A DNA stretch of 64,000 nt from the NCBI GenBank assembly GCA_965216465.1, contig CBDCFW010000006.1, forward strand, positions 288,001 through 352,000, read 5' to 3'. Positions within the stretch are counted from its first letter, which is position 1; each line of letters opens with the position of its first letter. This stretch comes from Bacteroidia bacterium (GTDB lineage: Bacteria > Bacteroidota > Bacteroidia > NS11-12g > UBA9320). Positions 50,004 through 59,586 of this stretch are shown piece by piece. A model generated the notes under the pieces. The model made no database searches, had not been told where the DNA came from, and saw nothing but the letters and a program-made list of their open reading frames with translations. The translations under genes and the position numbers were made by a program.

Positions 50004-50079
50004 AAGATCGACTTATTTAATACGTAAAAACTAGTGAGATGTTACTCGACGTGTTAAATATGTAATTTTTATGACTGGT

Positions 50080-51000
50080 TTAGAATCCTGGGCACTTAGG
50101 ACGGTTACCCCAAATTCTATAGGTTAAACTAAATCCAAGAATTCCGTAAGAATCATTCTTTTCTGGATTACCACGTTGGTTGTTGTTCAACTCATCGTGC
50201 AACACTGTGCTTCTGTCAGCCATTGCTGCAGACATAGAACCATAAGCCGACTGCAAACGTGTTGGGTCAACATAGGTCGTACTCACATCATCAATATAAT
50301 CTGTAAACGTGAATCGAGCACCATACTCGATTCCAAAAGACCATCTATTGCTGAACTTAAACTTAACTCCCGCTCCTAACGGTACTGCCAGTTGCGTCAG
50401 ATGATAGCGCTCTCTTTCGTTAAACTCAGTAGTTCCTTGCCCTTCAGTTCCTAATGGTTGTAAATCTATCCATTCACCATCTCGGTCAATTAAATCAGTA
50501 TATGTAGAACCCGGACGAGATACGTGCGGACTGCTTGGATCATAAATAAATTGTGCTTGAGGATTAAATTTAAAAACTGATATACCTGTAAACACATAAG
50601 GAATAACTCCAGTTTTCTCACGAAGATCAGTTCTTCTTAAGTTAATTTCAACCGCTCCGGTAAAATCCCAAAGTGTAGATTGAAAACTCAAATTTCTGCT
50701 TGCTGGATCCTCAGGATCTTCATACCAGTTATCGTCTCCTGCTAGCCCTCCATACTGTGCACTTAATCTAAACGTTGCAAGCTCACCAGGAGTGTAACGT
50801 GTTATTAGTCCAACGGCTGGTTTTAATCCTCTTGCTTCAAAATAAGATTGAGTAAGATCACCGCTGTAGTGACTTGCTCCTCCTATAATGCCGAATTCAA
50901 GCGAACTCGTTCTAAACCAACGTTGTGCATTCGAAGTGTTACTCACTCCGAGCAGTAGAAGTAAACCAATTAATCCAATTCCTTTATTTATCTTTTTCAT
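50080..51000 (-). CDS. DUF6089 family outer-membrane beta-barrel, paralog
   Basis: YSGDL, RNLSF, LQPLGTEGQG, TFTDYIDD and RGNP..NDSY motifs. Confidence 0.82.
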   Translation of the reverse strand: MKKINKGIGLIGLLLLLGVSNTSNAQRWFRTSSLEFGIIGGASHYSGDLTQSYFEARGLKPAVGLITRYTPGELATFRLSAQYGGLAGDDNWYEDPEDPASRNLSFQSTLWDFTGAVEINLRRTDLREKTGVIPYVFTGISVFKFNPQAQFIYDPSSPHVSRPGSTYTDLIDRDGEWIDLQPLGTEGQGTTEFNERERYHLTQLAVPLGAGVKFKFSNRWSFGIEYGARFTFTDYIDDVSTTYVDPTRLQSAYGSMSAAMADRSTVLHDELNNNQRGNPEKNDSYGILGFSLTYRIWGNRPKCPGF

Positions 51001-51095
51001 GATGTTTTCGCATTTAAGGGCCAATGCTCAGTACAATTAGCAAAAGTACCATTTTAAAACGAATTTATGTAGTGATTATTTTATGAAGAACTTGA

Positions 51096-51722
51096 TCAAG
51101 CCAAGGTAAAGAACTCGGTCTTCTCATGTGTATGGTTCAGAATTACCCCTGCATGAATTAAATTGACCACAATTTTAGAGGCTCTCCACTTCGAAATATT
51201 GACCATTTTTTTGAATTCTTTGAGGGTTATTCTTTCATGAGATTCTAGGTATTTCAGCAATGCCTCTTCGTTCTTTCCATACTTAATTAAGCTGCCTTTT
51301 TCTGAGCTTTGCCTGTGAAGTACATCTACCACTATCTTGCTGGCTAACAAGCTTTTATCTTTGTTTCTAATATAGACCCACCACTTACCATCATCGCCTT
51401 TGGCGTAACAAGGTTTTTCTTCAATTTCGGGAACAATGCACTCTAAAATAACCTTGTTTCCTATCTCATGCTCAATTATTTCAATTGGAATTTCAGGTTT
51501 ACAATAGAAAGATGCCGCCAAATCAAGCATATAGGCCTCATCTTCACTCTTTATACCCGCAATTGACCGATTGTCGCGAACACCAACCAACAACACTCCT
51601 CCTTTGTGATTCGCAAAACTCACCATGGTTTTGGCAATTTTAACGGCGGAGCTTATTTCTTGTTTGTAGTCTAAACGATCACTCTCCCCATCAATTAGAT
51701 ATTGTTTTATTCGATCTTCCAC
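51096..51722 (-). CDS. AlbA_2 (Schlafen-like) domain protein with C-terminal winged helix
   Basis: GESDRLDYK, KTMVSFANHKGGVLLVGVRD and YIR motifs; HTH-like tail. Confidence 0.85.
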   Translation of the reverse strand: MEDRIKQYLIDGESDRLDYKQEISSAVKIAKTMVSFANHKGGVLLVGVRDNRSIAGIKSEDEAYMLDLAASFYCKPEIPIEIIEHEIGNKVILECIVPEIEEKPCYAKGDDGKWWVYIRNKDKSLLASKIVVDVLHRQSSEKGSLIKYGKNEEALLKYLESHERITLKEFKKMVNISKWRASKIVVNLIHAGVILNHTHEKTEFFTLA

Positions 51723-51737
51723 TTAACATTCAACAAT

Positions 51738-52685
51738 CTAAAGTCTAGCTTGATTCATTCGATCATGTGTTTTTTTGAATTCTTCGATTATTTCTGCAAC
51801 GATATCTTTGGCAGGCATTACCTTGTTAATCAAACCACTGATTTGACCTATTTCAAGTTCTCCTTCATCCATATCGCCTTCAAACATTCCTTTTTTGGCT
51901 CGTGCCCTTCCCAAAATTTCGGCTAATTCTTCTGCACTTGCACCGCGCATTTCTGCTGTTACCACATTTTCCCAAAATTTATTCTTCAATAAACGCACAG
52001 GTGTCAATTTTTTCAAGCTGAGTTGTGTGCTTCCATCTTTTGCATCTACCACAGCCTGTTTGAAATTTGCGTGAGCAGAAGACTCATTGCTAGCTACAAA
52101 TCTGCTTCCTACTTGAACAGCTTCTGCACCTAATGCCATAGCCGCATACATCGACCTTCCACTGCCTACTCCACCAGCTGCAATAACCGGAACACGCACA
52201 GCATCAACGATTTGCGGAATTAACACCATGGTGGTTGTCTCTTCACGACCGTTATGTCCTCCAGCTTCAAAACCTTCGGCAACCAATGCATCAACACCAC
52301 ATGCTTCCGCTTTCAAAGCAAATTTTAAATTGCTGATTACATGCACAACTGTTATCCCGTTATCTTTCAACTTTTGGGTCCATATAGCAGGATTTCCTGC
52401 GGATGTAAAAACAATGGGTACTTTTTCTTCAATGATAATTTCGATGTGTTTTTCTACATCGGGATACAACAGGGGAACATTCACACCAAAAGGATTGGTG
52501 GTGGCAGTCTTACACTTCTGAATTTGCTCTCTTAATATATCAGGATACATGCTCCCTGAACCAATTATTCCTAGTCCGCCAGCATTACTCACTGCCGATG
52601 CCAATTCCCATCCACTACACCAAATCATGCCAGCTTGAATTAGGGGATACTGAATTCCGAAAAGTTCGGTGATTCTATTTTGCAT
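51738..52685 (-). CDS. Nitronate monooxygenase / FabK-like flavin oxidoreductase
   Basis: IQAGM, PFGVN, EGFEAGGH, IAAGG, GSRF and IGQISG motifs. Confidence 0.88.
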   Translation of the reverse strand: MQNRITELFGIQYPLIQAGMIWCSGWELASAVSNAGGLGIIGSGSMYPDILREQIQKCKTATTNPFGVNVPLLYPDVEKHIEIIIEEKVPIVFTSAGNPAIWTQKLKDNGITVVHVISNLKFALKAEACGVDALVAEGFEAGGHNGREETTTMVLIPQIVDAVRVPVIAAGGVGSGRSMYAAMALGAEAVQVGSRFVASNESSAHANFKQAVVDAKDGSTQLSLKKLTPVRLLKNKFWENVVTAEMRGASAEELAEILGRARAKKGMFEGDMDEGELEIGQISGLINKVMPAKDIVAEIIEEFKKTHDRMNQARL

Positions 52686-52790
52686 TTGACGAAGGTATTG
52701 AACTTGATGAATTTAAAGCAAACGAATAACCAACAAAAAACGGACAGCAAACCATTGAAATAAATTACGAAATCCTATTAACTTCGTTCA

Positions 52791-53936
52791 GTGAATTTTT
52801 CGTATTGGGAAACAACTTACTTTCTCGGTCAAATCGATTACCTCATCGTAGGAGCTGGACTTACTGGTTTACAATCTGCAACCTTGATCAAAGAGAAAAA
52901 CCCCAAAGCTAAAGTTGTTGTCGTTGATCGATTTGGGTGGAGTTTAGGTGCAAGTACACGCAATGCAGGTTTTGCCTGTTTCGCCAATGTATCTGAAATT
53001 CTTGATGATTTAAAACACGATTCACCTGAAGCGGTATATCAATTAGCCGCAAAAAGGTATCGTGGACTTCAAAAATTAAGAGAAAAGTATGGAGACATAA
53101 ACATAGACTACCAAGAAAAAGGAAGTGTCGAAGTATTTACCTCAAAAAACAAGAACGATCTTTATAAATGCATAGACAGCATCCAATCCATTAATTCAAT
53201 TCTGTATAATGAAACTGGGCTTGATCGTGTATTTACCTATTCGAGTAAAAGTCAATTATCAAACAGTATTGGAACTATTCACAACCAATATGAGGGTCAA
53301 TTAAACACCGGAAAGCTATATGCCACGATTTACCGCTACGCTGAACTTATAGGAGTTCGAATTTTGGGCGGAATTGAAGTTGAGTCTTGGGAAAAAGGAA
53401 ATACAATAACTGTTAGTACCAAGCAAGGTATTGAAATTAACGCAAATACCTTGGTCTTATGTACCAATGCATTTTCTCAAAAACTTAGCGTCGAAGATGT
53501 TGTTCCTGCACGTGGACAAGTTATTCTTACGGAACAACTTGATCAGCTTCCTTGTGAAGGTCTGCACATTTTTGACAGTGGATTTTACTATTGGAGAGAC
53601 ATAGACAATAGAATTCTCCTTGGAGGTGCTAGAAACTCGAATATTGAAGCAGAAACCACAGACAAAGTCGAATTGAACCCTGAAATTATTGAAGAATTGA
53701 AAGACTTTATGTTCAATCAAATTTTTGGAAATGAAGTTACAATTGACACGCAATGGAGTGGTATCATGGGAATGGGTAAAGAAAAGAATAAAACCCCAAT
53801 AATTAAAGAACTGGAACCCAATGTAATTCTTGCGGCTCGGTTAGGAGGAATGGGCGTTGCCTTAAGTGCGTTGGTTGCTCAAGAAGTGGTAGATTTAATC
53901 GAACAAAAAAGGGCAGACCTAAGCCTACCCTCTTAA
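52791..53936 (+). CDS. FAD-dependent oxidoreductase (DAO/DadA family)
   Basis: IVGAGLTG, GASTRNAGF, PARGQ, WSGIMG and GGMGV motifs. Confidence 0.88.
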   Translation: MNFSYWETTYFLGQIDYLIVGAGLTGLQSATLIKEKNPKAKVVVVDRFGWSLGASTRNAGFACFANVSEILDDLKHDSPEAVYQLAAKRYRGLQKLREKYGDINIDYQEKGSVEVFTSKNKNDLYKCIDSIQSINSILYNETGLDRVFTYSSKSQLSNSIGTIHNQYEGQLNTGKLYATIYRYAELIGVRILGGIEVESWEKGNTITVSTKQGIEINANTLVLCTNAFSQKLSVEDVVPARGQVILTEQLDQLPCEGLHIFDSGFYYWRDIDNRILLGGARNSNIEAETTDKVELNPEIIEELKDFMFNQIFGNEVTIDTQWSGIMGMGKEKNKTPIIKELEPNVILAARLGGMGVALSALVAQEVVDLIEQKRADLSLPS

Positions 53937-53953
53937 TATATTTGTTTTATTGA

Positions 53954-55096
53954 TTAGTCTTTCAATACGCTTCTAGCGATAACAATTCTTTGAACCTCGC
54001 TAGTTCCTTCATAAATCTGAGTGATTTTAGCATCACGCATTAATCGCTCTACGTGGTATTCTTTCACATATCCATATCCACCGTGAATTTGAACCGCTTC
54101 TGTAGTAACCCACATTGCTGTTTCTGATGCATATAATTTTGCCATTGAACTAGCTTGAGCATAGTCAAGACCGTTGTCTTTTAACCAAGCTGCTTTCAAA
54201 CAGAATAAGCGTGCCGCTTCAATTCTTGTTGCCATATCAGCAAGTTTAAATTGAATAGCTTGGTGATTCATAATCTCAGTACCAAATGCTTTTCTTTCTT
54301 TAGAATATTGTAATGCAAGCTCGTATGCACCACTTGCGATTCCTAATGCTTGAGAGGCGATACCAATTCTACCTCCGCTTAATACTTTCATAGCGAATTT
54401 AAATCCAAATCCTTCTTCTCCAATTCTATTCGCTTTAGGTACTTTCACATCTTGGAACATTAAAGAGTGTGTATCTGAACCTCTAATTCCTAGCTTATCT
54501 TCTTTTTTACCAACTGTAAACCCTTCCATGTCTGAGGTCACAATTAAGCAGTTGATACCTCTATGCCCTTTTTCTACATCTGTTTGAGCCATAACTAAGA
54601 AAGTACTTCCTGTTTTACCATTGGTAATCCAGTTTTTTGTTCCATTTAGAAGGTAATGATCACCCATATCGATAGCCGTTGTTCTTTGGCTTGTAGCATC
54701 ACTACCAGCTTCAGGCTCACTTAAACAAAATCCACCGTGAATTTGTCCGCTGGCTAAGGGTTTTAAGAACTTTTCTCTTTGCTCATCTGTACCAAACTCT
54801 TCTATTCCCCAGCACACCAATGAGTTGTTTACACTCATCACAACACTTGCACTCGCATCAACCTTTGAGATTTCTTCCATTGCAAGCACGTAGCTTACTG
54901 CGTCCATTCCGCTTCCACCCCACTTAGGGTCAACCATCATTCCTAGAAATCCTAATTCTCCAAGTTTTTTAACTTGCTCAGTTGGAAATCTTTGTTCATT
55001 ATCTCTTTCGATAACTCCAGGCAAAAGCTCAGTTCTTGCAAAGTCTCTAGCTGCCTGCTGTATCATTAAGTGTTCTTCTGAAAGCTCGAAATTCAT
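53954..55096 (-). CDS. Acyl-CoA dehydrogenase
   Basis: LSEPEAGSD, GTKNWITN, KLGIRGS, QIHGGYGY and IYEGTSEVQ motifs. Confidence 0.95.
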   Translation of the reverse strand: MNFELSEEHLMIQQAARDFARTELLPGVIERDNEQRFPTEQVKKLGELGFLGMMVDPKWGGSGMDAVSYVLAMEEISKVDASASVVMSVNNSLVCWGIEEFGTDEQREKFLKPLASGQIHGGFCLSEPEAGSDATSQRTTAIDMGDHYLLNGTKNWITNGKTGSTFLVMAQTDVEKGHRGINCLIVTSDMEGFTVGKKEDKLGIRGSDTHSLMFQDVKVPKANRIGEEGFGFKFAMKVLSGGRIGIASQALGIASGAYELALQYSKERKAFGTEIMNHQAIQFKLADMATRIEAARLFCLKAAWLKDNGLDYAQASSMAKLYASETAMWVTTEAVQIHGGYGYVKEYHVERLMRDAKITQIYEGTSEVQRIVIARSVLKD

Positions 55097-55201
55097 ATGT
55101 TCTGTTTGTGTAAATTGAGGTGCAAAGGTACAACAAAATACATCTTGTTCCAATCTGTATACTTGTTATGGAATAATCCTAAATAGACTAAATTCGCCCT
55201 C

Positions 55202-56092
55202 ATGTTTCTGAAACCTGGTGACACTATCGGAATTGCTTCTCCTGCTCGAGCAATTGAAGCACAACTTGTTCAACCTGCAATTAGTCTTTTAGCGTCTCAC
55301 GGGTTTCAAGTTGTTGTAGGCAAAAACGTCTACAATCGCTCCAATCAAATGGCCGGAACAGATTCAGAAAAAGTTGCAGACTTTCAAGCCCTTATTAACA
55401 ATCCTGATGTTAAAGCAATTCTTTGTACGCGAGGTGGATATGGTTCGGTACGCATACTAGATGCTCTTGATTTTAAACCTTTGGTTAACCAACAAAAGTG
55501 GCTAATCGGCTATAGCGACGTAACTGCTTTCCATTCGCATATTCATCAGCAATTTAACCTTCCAACCTTGCACGCCACTATGCCTGTAAATATTTCTGAT
55601 TCGCCAGATGCTAACGAATCAATTAGTAATAGTACTCTCATTGATGCCTTGCTTGGAAAGACACTAACCTATAACTTCTCGAATCACAATCTTACCCAGC
55701 CTGGAAATGCCAACGGGGTTTTGGTTGGAGGAAATTTAAGTATGCTTTACAGCCTTTGTGGATCATCATCGGATATTGATACCCGAGGAAAAATTTTATT
55801 CTTAGAAGATCTTGACGAATATCTTTATCATGTTGACCGTATGATGATGAATCTAAAACGAACAGGTAAACTAGACCAATTAGCTGGATTAGTGATTGGA
55901 GGCATGAGCGATATGAACGACAACGCTATTCCATTTGGTAAAACGGCCGAAGAAATTATTCTTGAACATACCCAAGAGTTTAACTACCCGATTTACTTTG
56001 GACTTGAAGCAGGACATATTCAACCAAATCGTGCTTTACGTTTAGGAATGGAAGCTATTATTCAAGACAATCAACTAATTTTGCCAGCTTAA
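55202..56092 (+). CDS. LD-carboxypeptidase (S66)
   Basis: RGGYG, GYSD, GGNLS, LFLED and GH motifs. Confidence 0.92.
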   Translation: MFLKPGDTIGIASPARAIEAQLVQPAISLLASHGFQVVVGKNVYNRSNQMAGTDSEKVADFQALINNPDVKAILCTRGGYGSVRILDALDFKPLVNQQKWLIGYSDVTAFHSHIHQQFNLPTLHATMPVNISDSPDANESISNSTLIDALLGKTLTYNFSNHNLTQPGNANGVLVGGNLSMLYSLCGSSSDIDTRGKILFLEDLDEYLYHVDRMMMNLKRTGKLDQLAGLVIGGMSDMNDNAIPFGKTAEEIILEHTQEFNYPIYFGLEAGHIQPNRALRLGMEAIIQDNQLILPA

Positions 56093-56541
56093 TGGCTATC
56101 TACCAAGCAAGTAAAGAACTCACCAAGTTTATCATCTCCGGTCTAGCAGCAGTTGCGGTCGATTTTATCGTATATTTTGCCTTATCTCAGTTCTTAGATA
56201 TTAATCTAAGTAAGGGCTTAAGCTTTTGTTCTGGAATGCTTGTTACTTACAACTTGAATAAGTACTGGACCTGGAGACAAACAGATAAAAACAATAAAAG
56301 GTTGCTTCTTTTTACGGGACTATATTTGGTTGCCATGGTCATTAACATCGCTGTTAACCATTATGCTTTTGAATTGCTTCCTGATGGGGAGTTTGTAAGT
56401 TTATTACGTTCAGAGTCTGGCATTAAAGATTTAATTACTATCAAAATTGACAAGGTCGCTGCCTTTATAATTGCCACTGGAATAAGTGCCAGCTTTACTT
56501 TTGTTGGCCAGAAGTTTTGGTTGTTCAGAGAAAAATCCTAA
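56092..56541 (+). CDS. GtrA family membrane protein
   Basis: KFIISG, YNLNKYWTW and F.GQKFWLF motifs; four TM. Confidence 0.85.
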   Translation: MAIYQASKELTKFIISGLAAVAVDFIVYFALSQFLDINLSKGLSFCSGMLVTYNLNKYWTWRQTDKNNKRLLLFTGLYLVAMVINIAVNHYAFELLPDGEFVSLLRSESGIKDLITIKIDKVAAFIIATGISASFTFVGQKFWLFREKS

Positions 56542-56972
56542 TCGTATGGTCGATTTAGAATTGCATCGTAAATGATCGCCTGTTCGATATCCACTTCAAT
56601 CTCTTTTGGTTGAGTTGCTATACCTTTCTCCTCCTGAATTTCAGCTCTAATCTCAGCCATATTCATGCCTGTATCTGCATTGTGATCATACTCAACACGT
56701 TTGTCGTATTGATGATCTTCAATAAGAATTTTCTTTCGCTTTTTCTTCTTCTTAACAGGTTTGGCAACAGGGGTCTTATATTCTTGCTTGGGTTGCGGAG
56801 CTGGTTCACCTGACAGTTCACGTAAGATTTCTTCCAAGCTCGGAGATTGAGGGTTTGGTTTTTTTCGCTGCACCGGTCGCTGTTTTGGCTTTTGTTGCTT
56901 TTTTTTGCTGGGTGCAAAAATTCGGTACAGGAGGTAAGCCGCAATCGGTAGAAATTTTAATAAATCTTCCAT
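56538..56972 (-). CDS. Hypothetical single-TM protein with low-complexity basic linker
   Basis: N-terminal TM; C-terminal QAIIYDAILNRPY motif common in Bacteroidota hypotheticals. Confidence 0.7.
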   Translation of the reverse strand: MEDLLKFLPIAAYLLYRIFAPSKKKQQKPKQRPVQRKKPNPQSPSLEEILRELSGEPAPQPKQEYKTPVAKPVKKKKKRKKILIEDHQYDKRVEYDHNADTGMNMAEIRAEIQEEKGIATQPKEIEVDIEQAIIYDAILNRPYD

Positions 56973-56988
56973 GAACAAAGCGAAAGTA

Positions 56989-57468
56989 ATGAAAAAAAAT
57001 CTGGTATTGGGGTTAGGGTCTAATTTGGGAAATCGATATGCTTACTTGCAAATAGCCATCAAGTTAATTGAGCAACAATTTGAAACTGCATCAATCAAAG
57101 CCAAGGTGTACAGTACCCCTCCATGGGGAAACACCAATCAGGCTGCTTTTTTAAATACTGCTGTACTTGTTCAAACAGACTTCGAAGCTGAAAAATGTTT
57201 TAAAATCATCAAACAAATTGAACAGGAAGTAGGCCGCGTTAGATCAGAACATTGGGGACCACGCTGTATCGACATCGACATCCTATTCTACGACAGCTTA
57301 GTCGTTGAAAATGAACAACTTTCAATTCCTCATCCTCAAATTCAAAATCGGTCTTTTGTACTTGTTCCCTTGAATGACATTGTACCTGAGCTGACTCACC
57401 CTGTTCTTCAAAAATCGGTAAGCAAACTTTGCAAATTAGTACCTAACGATTGTGTAATTTTTAACTAA
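56989..57468 (+). CDS. folK: 2-amino-4-hydroxy-6-hydroxymethyldihydropteridine diphosphokinase
   Basis: LGSNLG, FLN, WGPRCIDIDIL, IPHP and RSFVLVPL motifs. Confidence 0.95.
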   Translation: MKKNLVLGLGSNLGNRYAYLQIAIKLIEQQFETASIKAKVYSTPPWGNTNQAAFLNTAVLVQTDFEAEKCFKIIKQIEQEVGRVRSEHWGPRCIDIDILFYDSLVVENEQLSIPHPQIQNRSFVLVPLNDIVPELTHPVLQKSVSKLCKLVPNDCVIFN

Positions 57469-57470
57469 GT

Positions 57471-58028
57471 TTGAAAGTGTTTTTAACCTGTGTAGGCAAC
57501 ATATCATATTGGAAAGAGTTGGTTCAAAATCAAGAGGTGACGTTCTTTTTGAATCACACTTTTCAAAAGCAAACAGAGCTTTCTCAGTTTGAGATTGTTG
57601 GACCAAATGGTCGGCTAAAATTAAGCCTGCCCTTGATTAAAGCAACTCGAAAAGGACCTTATGATGCAGTGCACTTAGACTACCACTCAAATTGGCAAGT
57701 TGAACACTGGCGTAGCATCGAAAATGCATACAAAAAGGCTCCTTTCTTTTTATACTATGGCTATAAAATTCAGCCCGTTTTTCAAAAAAGACATGAAACC
57801 CTTGTAGACTTTAACAAGGCTATGCTTGAAGCAATTCTAAACTGCATTAAGCATGATAGTGACATTCTGTTCTCTGAGGAATCAGTAGCATATAGTGCCA
57901 CTAAATTATCATCCACCGTAGCATATCCTCAAGTTTTTGATGCCAAATTGAACTTCGAATCCAATTTGTCTATTCTAGATGTGATTTTTAATCTAGGGCC
58001 AGAAACGCTAGATTATCTTATGCACTAA
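57471..58028 (+). CDS. WbqC family protein
   Basis: [25 protein letters not shown] and [13 protein letters not shown] motifs. Confidence 0.88.
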   Translation: MKVFLTCVGNISYWKELVQNQEVTFFLNHTFQKQTELSQFEIVGPNGRLKLSLPLIKATRKGPYDAVHLDYHSNWQVEHWRSIENAYKKAPFFLYYGYKIQPVFQKRHETLVDFNKAMLEAILNCIKHDSDILFSEESVAYSATKLSSTVAYPQVFDAKLNFESNLSILDVIFNLGPETLDYLMH

Positions 58029-58980
58029 CGCTTTCGTAAGAACCCATCGAGCTAAACTTGTCAATTCGCTGTTGAACCAGCTCTTCAGTATCAAGTTCGT
58101 TAAGCTCTTTGATACGTCGTTTAATCTCGGTCTTTAGCGTTTTGTACATTACTTCTGGGTTGTTATGAGCTCCGCCTAAAGGTTCGCGAATCACCCCATC
58201 AATAAGTCCATTTTTAAGCATCACGTTTGCTGTAAGCTTCAATGCGTCCGCGGCTTTTTCTTTGAAATCCCAGCTTCTCCAAAGGATAGAAGAACAACTC
58301 TCAGGAGATATTACAGAATACCAAGTATTTTCAAGCATCAATACACGATCTCCAACACCAATTCCTAACGCTCCACCACTTGCACCTTCACCGATAACGA
58401 TACAAATGATTGGCACTTTAAGAACAGCCATTTCCATGAGGTTTTTTGCGATAGCTTCACCTTGACCACGCTCTTCGGCTTCTAAACCTGGTGATGCTCC
58501 TGGGGTATCAATTAAGCATACTACTGGAAGATTAAACTTCTCAGCCATCTTCATCATTCTTAATGCTTTTCTATACCCTTCTGGATTAGGCATCCCAAAG
58601 TTTCTGTATTGTCTTTGCTTCGTGTTTCGTCCTTTTTGATGACCAATGATCATAACATTGTGTCCGTCAATTTGAGCAAGTCCTCCTACCATAGCTTTGT
58701 CGTCTCCAACGTTTCTATCACCGTGAAGCTCAACAAAGTTTTTGCTAATTGCGTTGATGTAATCTAAGGTATATGGTCTTTCTGGATGTCTCGAGATTTG
58801 AACACGCTGCCAGCCAGAAAGATCTTTGTACATTTCTTTTCGTACACTAAGGATCTTTTTCTCCAATTGTTCAACCGTGTCGCTCATATCTACCTTGCCT
58901 TTGGCGTGGGTAGCTTGAGCCTTTTCAAGTTGTTCGTATAACTCCTCTAACGGCTTTTCAAAATCTAATAATGCAGTCAT
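58018..58980 (-). CDS. accA: Acetyl-CoA carboxylase carboxyltransferase alpha subunit
   Basis: [36 protein letters not shown] and EPLGGAH motifs. Confidence 0.97.
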   Translation of the reverse strand: MTALLDFEKPLEELYEQLEKAQATHAKGKVDMSDTVEQLEKKILSVRKEMYKDLSGWQRVQISRHPERPYTLDYINAISKNFVELHGDRNVGDDKAMVGGLAQIDGHNVMIIGHQKGRNTKQRQYRNFGMPNPEGYRKALRMMKMAEKFNLPVVCLIDTPGASPGLEAEERGQGEAIAKNLMEMAVLKVPIICIVIGEGASGGALGIGVGDRVLMLENTWYSVISPESCSSILWRSWDFKEKAADALKLTANVMLKNGLIDGVIREPLGGAHNNPEVMYKTLKTEIKRRIKELNELDTEELVQQRIDKFSSMGSYESVSA

Positions 58981-59087
58981 TTGCGTTCTATTTGAAGAGG
59001 GCAAAGTTAGAAATCAAAATGATTTACGGTAGTTTTATGCTTAAAAATGGTTCTCTTGAGAATAAAATACTTGCTTAAATTTGACCC

Positions 59088-59513
59088 ATGTCAAAGTTGT
59101 TTTATCTGTTTATTTCGCTGAGTTTATGGGCCTGTAACAGCGGTGCAAATTCAAAATCGAATAGAACTACATGTGGATATGACGGAACTTGGGTTTCCCA
59201 TTTTGATTTCTCAAAAGTAGATTCAACAAATGCTAACATAAATCACTTCAGAACCATGATTTCTATCACAGAGATTAAGTTTATGTTACACGATTCAGGA
59301 AATGGGTATTCTACAGTTAAGGCAGGCAGAGAAAGAGCTGACGAAAGCGAGCCATTTAAATGGTTATGTTCAAACGACACCTTAATCATTGATCGCGATG
59401 GGCAAATTCAAAAATTTGAACCAATATCTGCTGACAGTCTAAAAGATCTTACCTACATCGAAGAAAATGACCCCAACTATGCACAACACTACTTGGTACG
59501 GGAATCGAAATAG
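59088..59513 (+). CDS. Hypothetical lipoprotein
   Basis: Lipobox WAC; GTW motif; TAAATTTG at 59076-59083. Confidence 0.65.
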   Translation: MSKLFYLFISLSLWACNSGANSKSNRTTCGYDGTWVSHFDFSKVDSTNANINHFRTMISITEIKFMLHDSGNGYSTVKAGRERADESEPFKWLCSNDTLIIDRDGQIQKFEPISADSLKDLTYIEENDPNYAQHYLVRESK

Positions 59514-59586
59514 ATAACAATTTACTCAAATTTTTATGACACAAATGGCTCTTGATTAGCTGTTTATAGTTCTATATTTGGCGCCG

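Noticed and set aside
53905-53934. Terminator between the convergent oxidoreductase and acyl-CoA dehydrogenase genes
   Set aside because: The stem has two mismatches and lies within the coding end; too weak to call.
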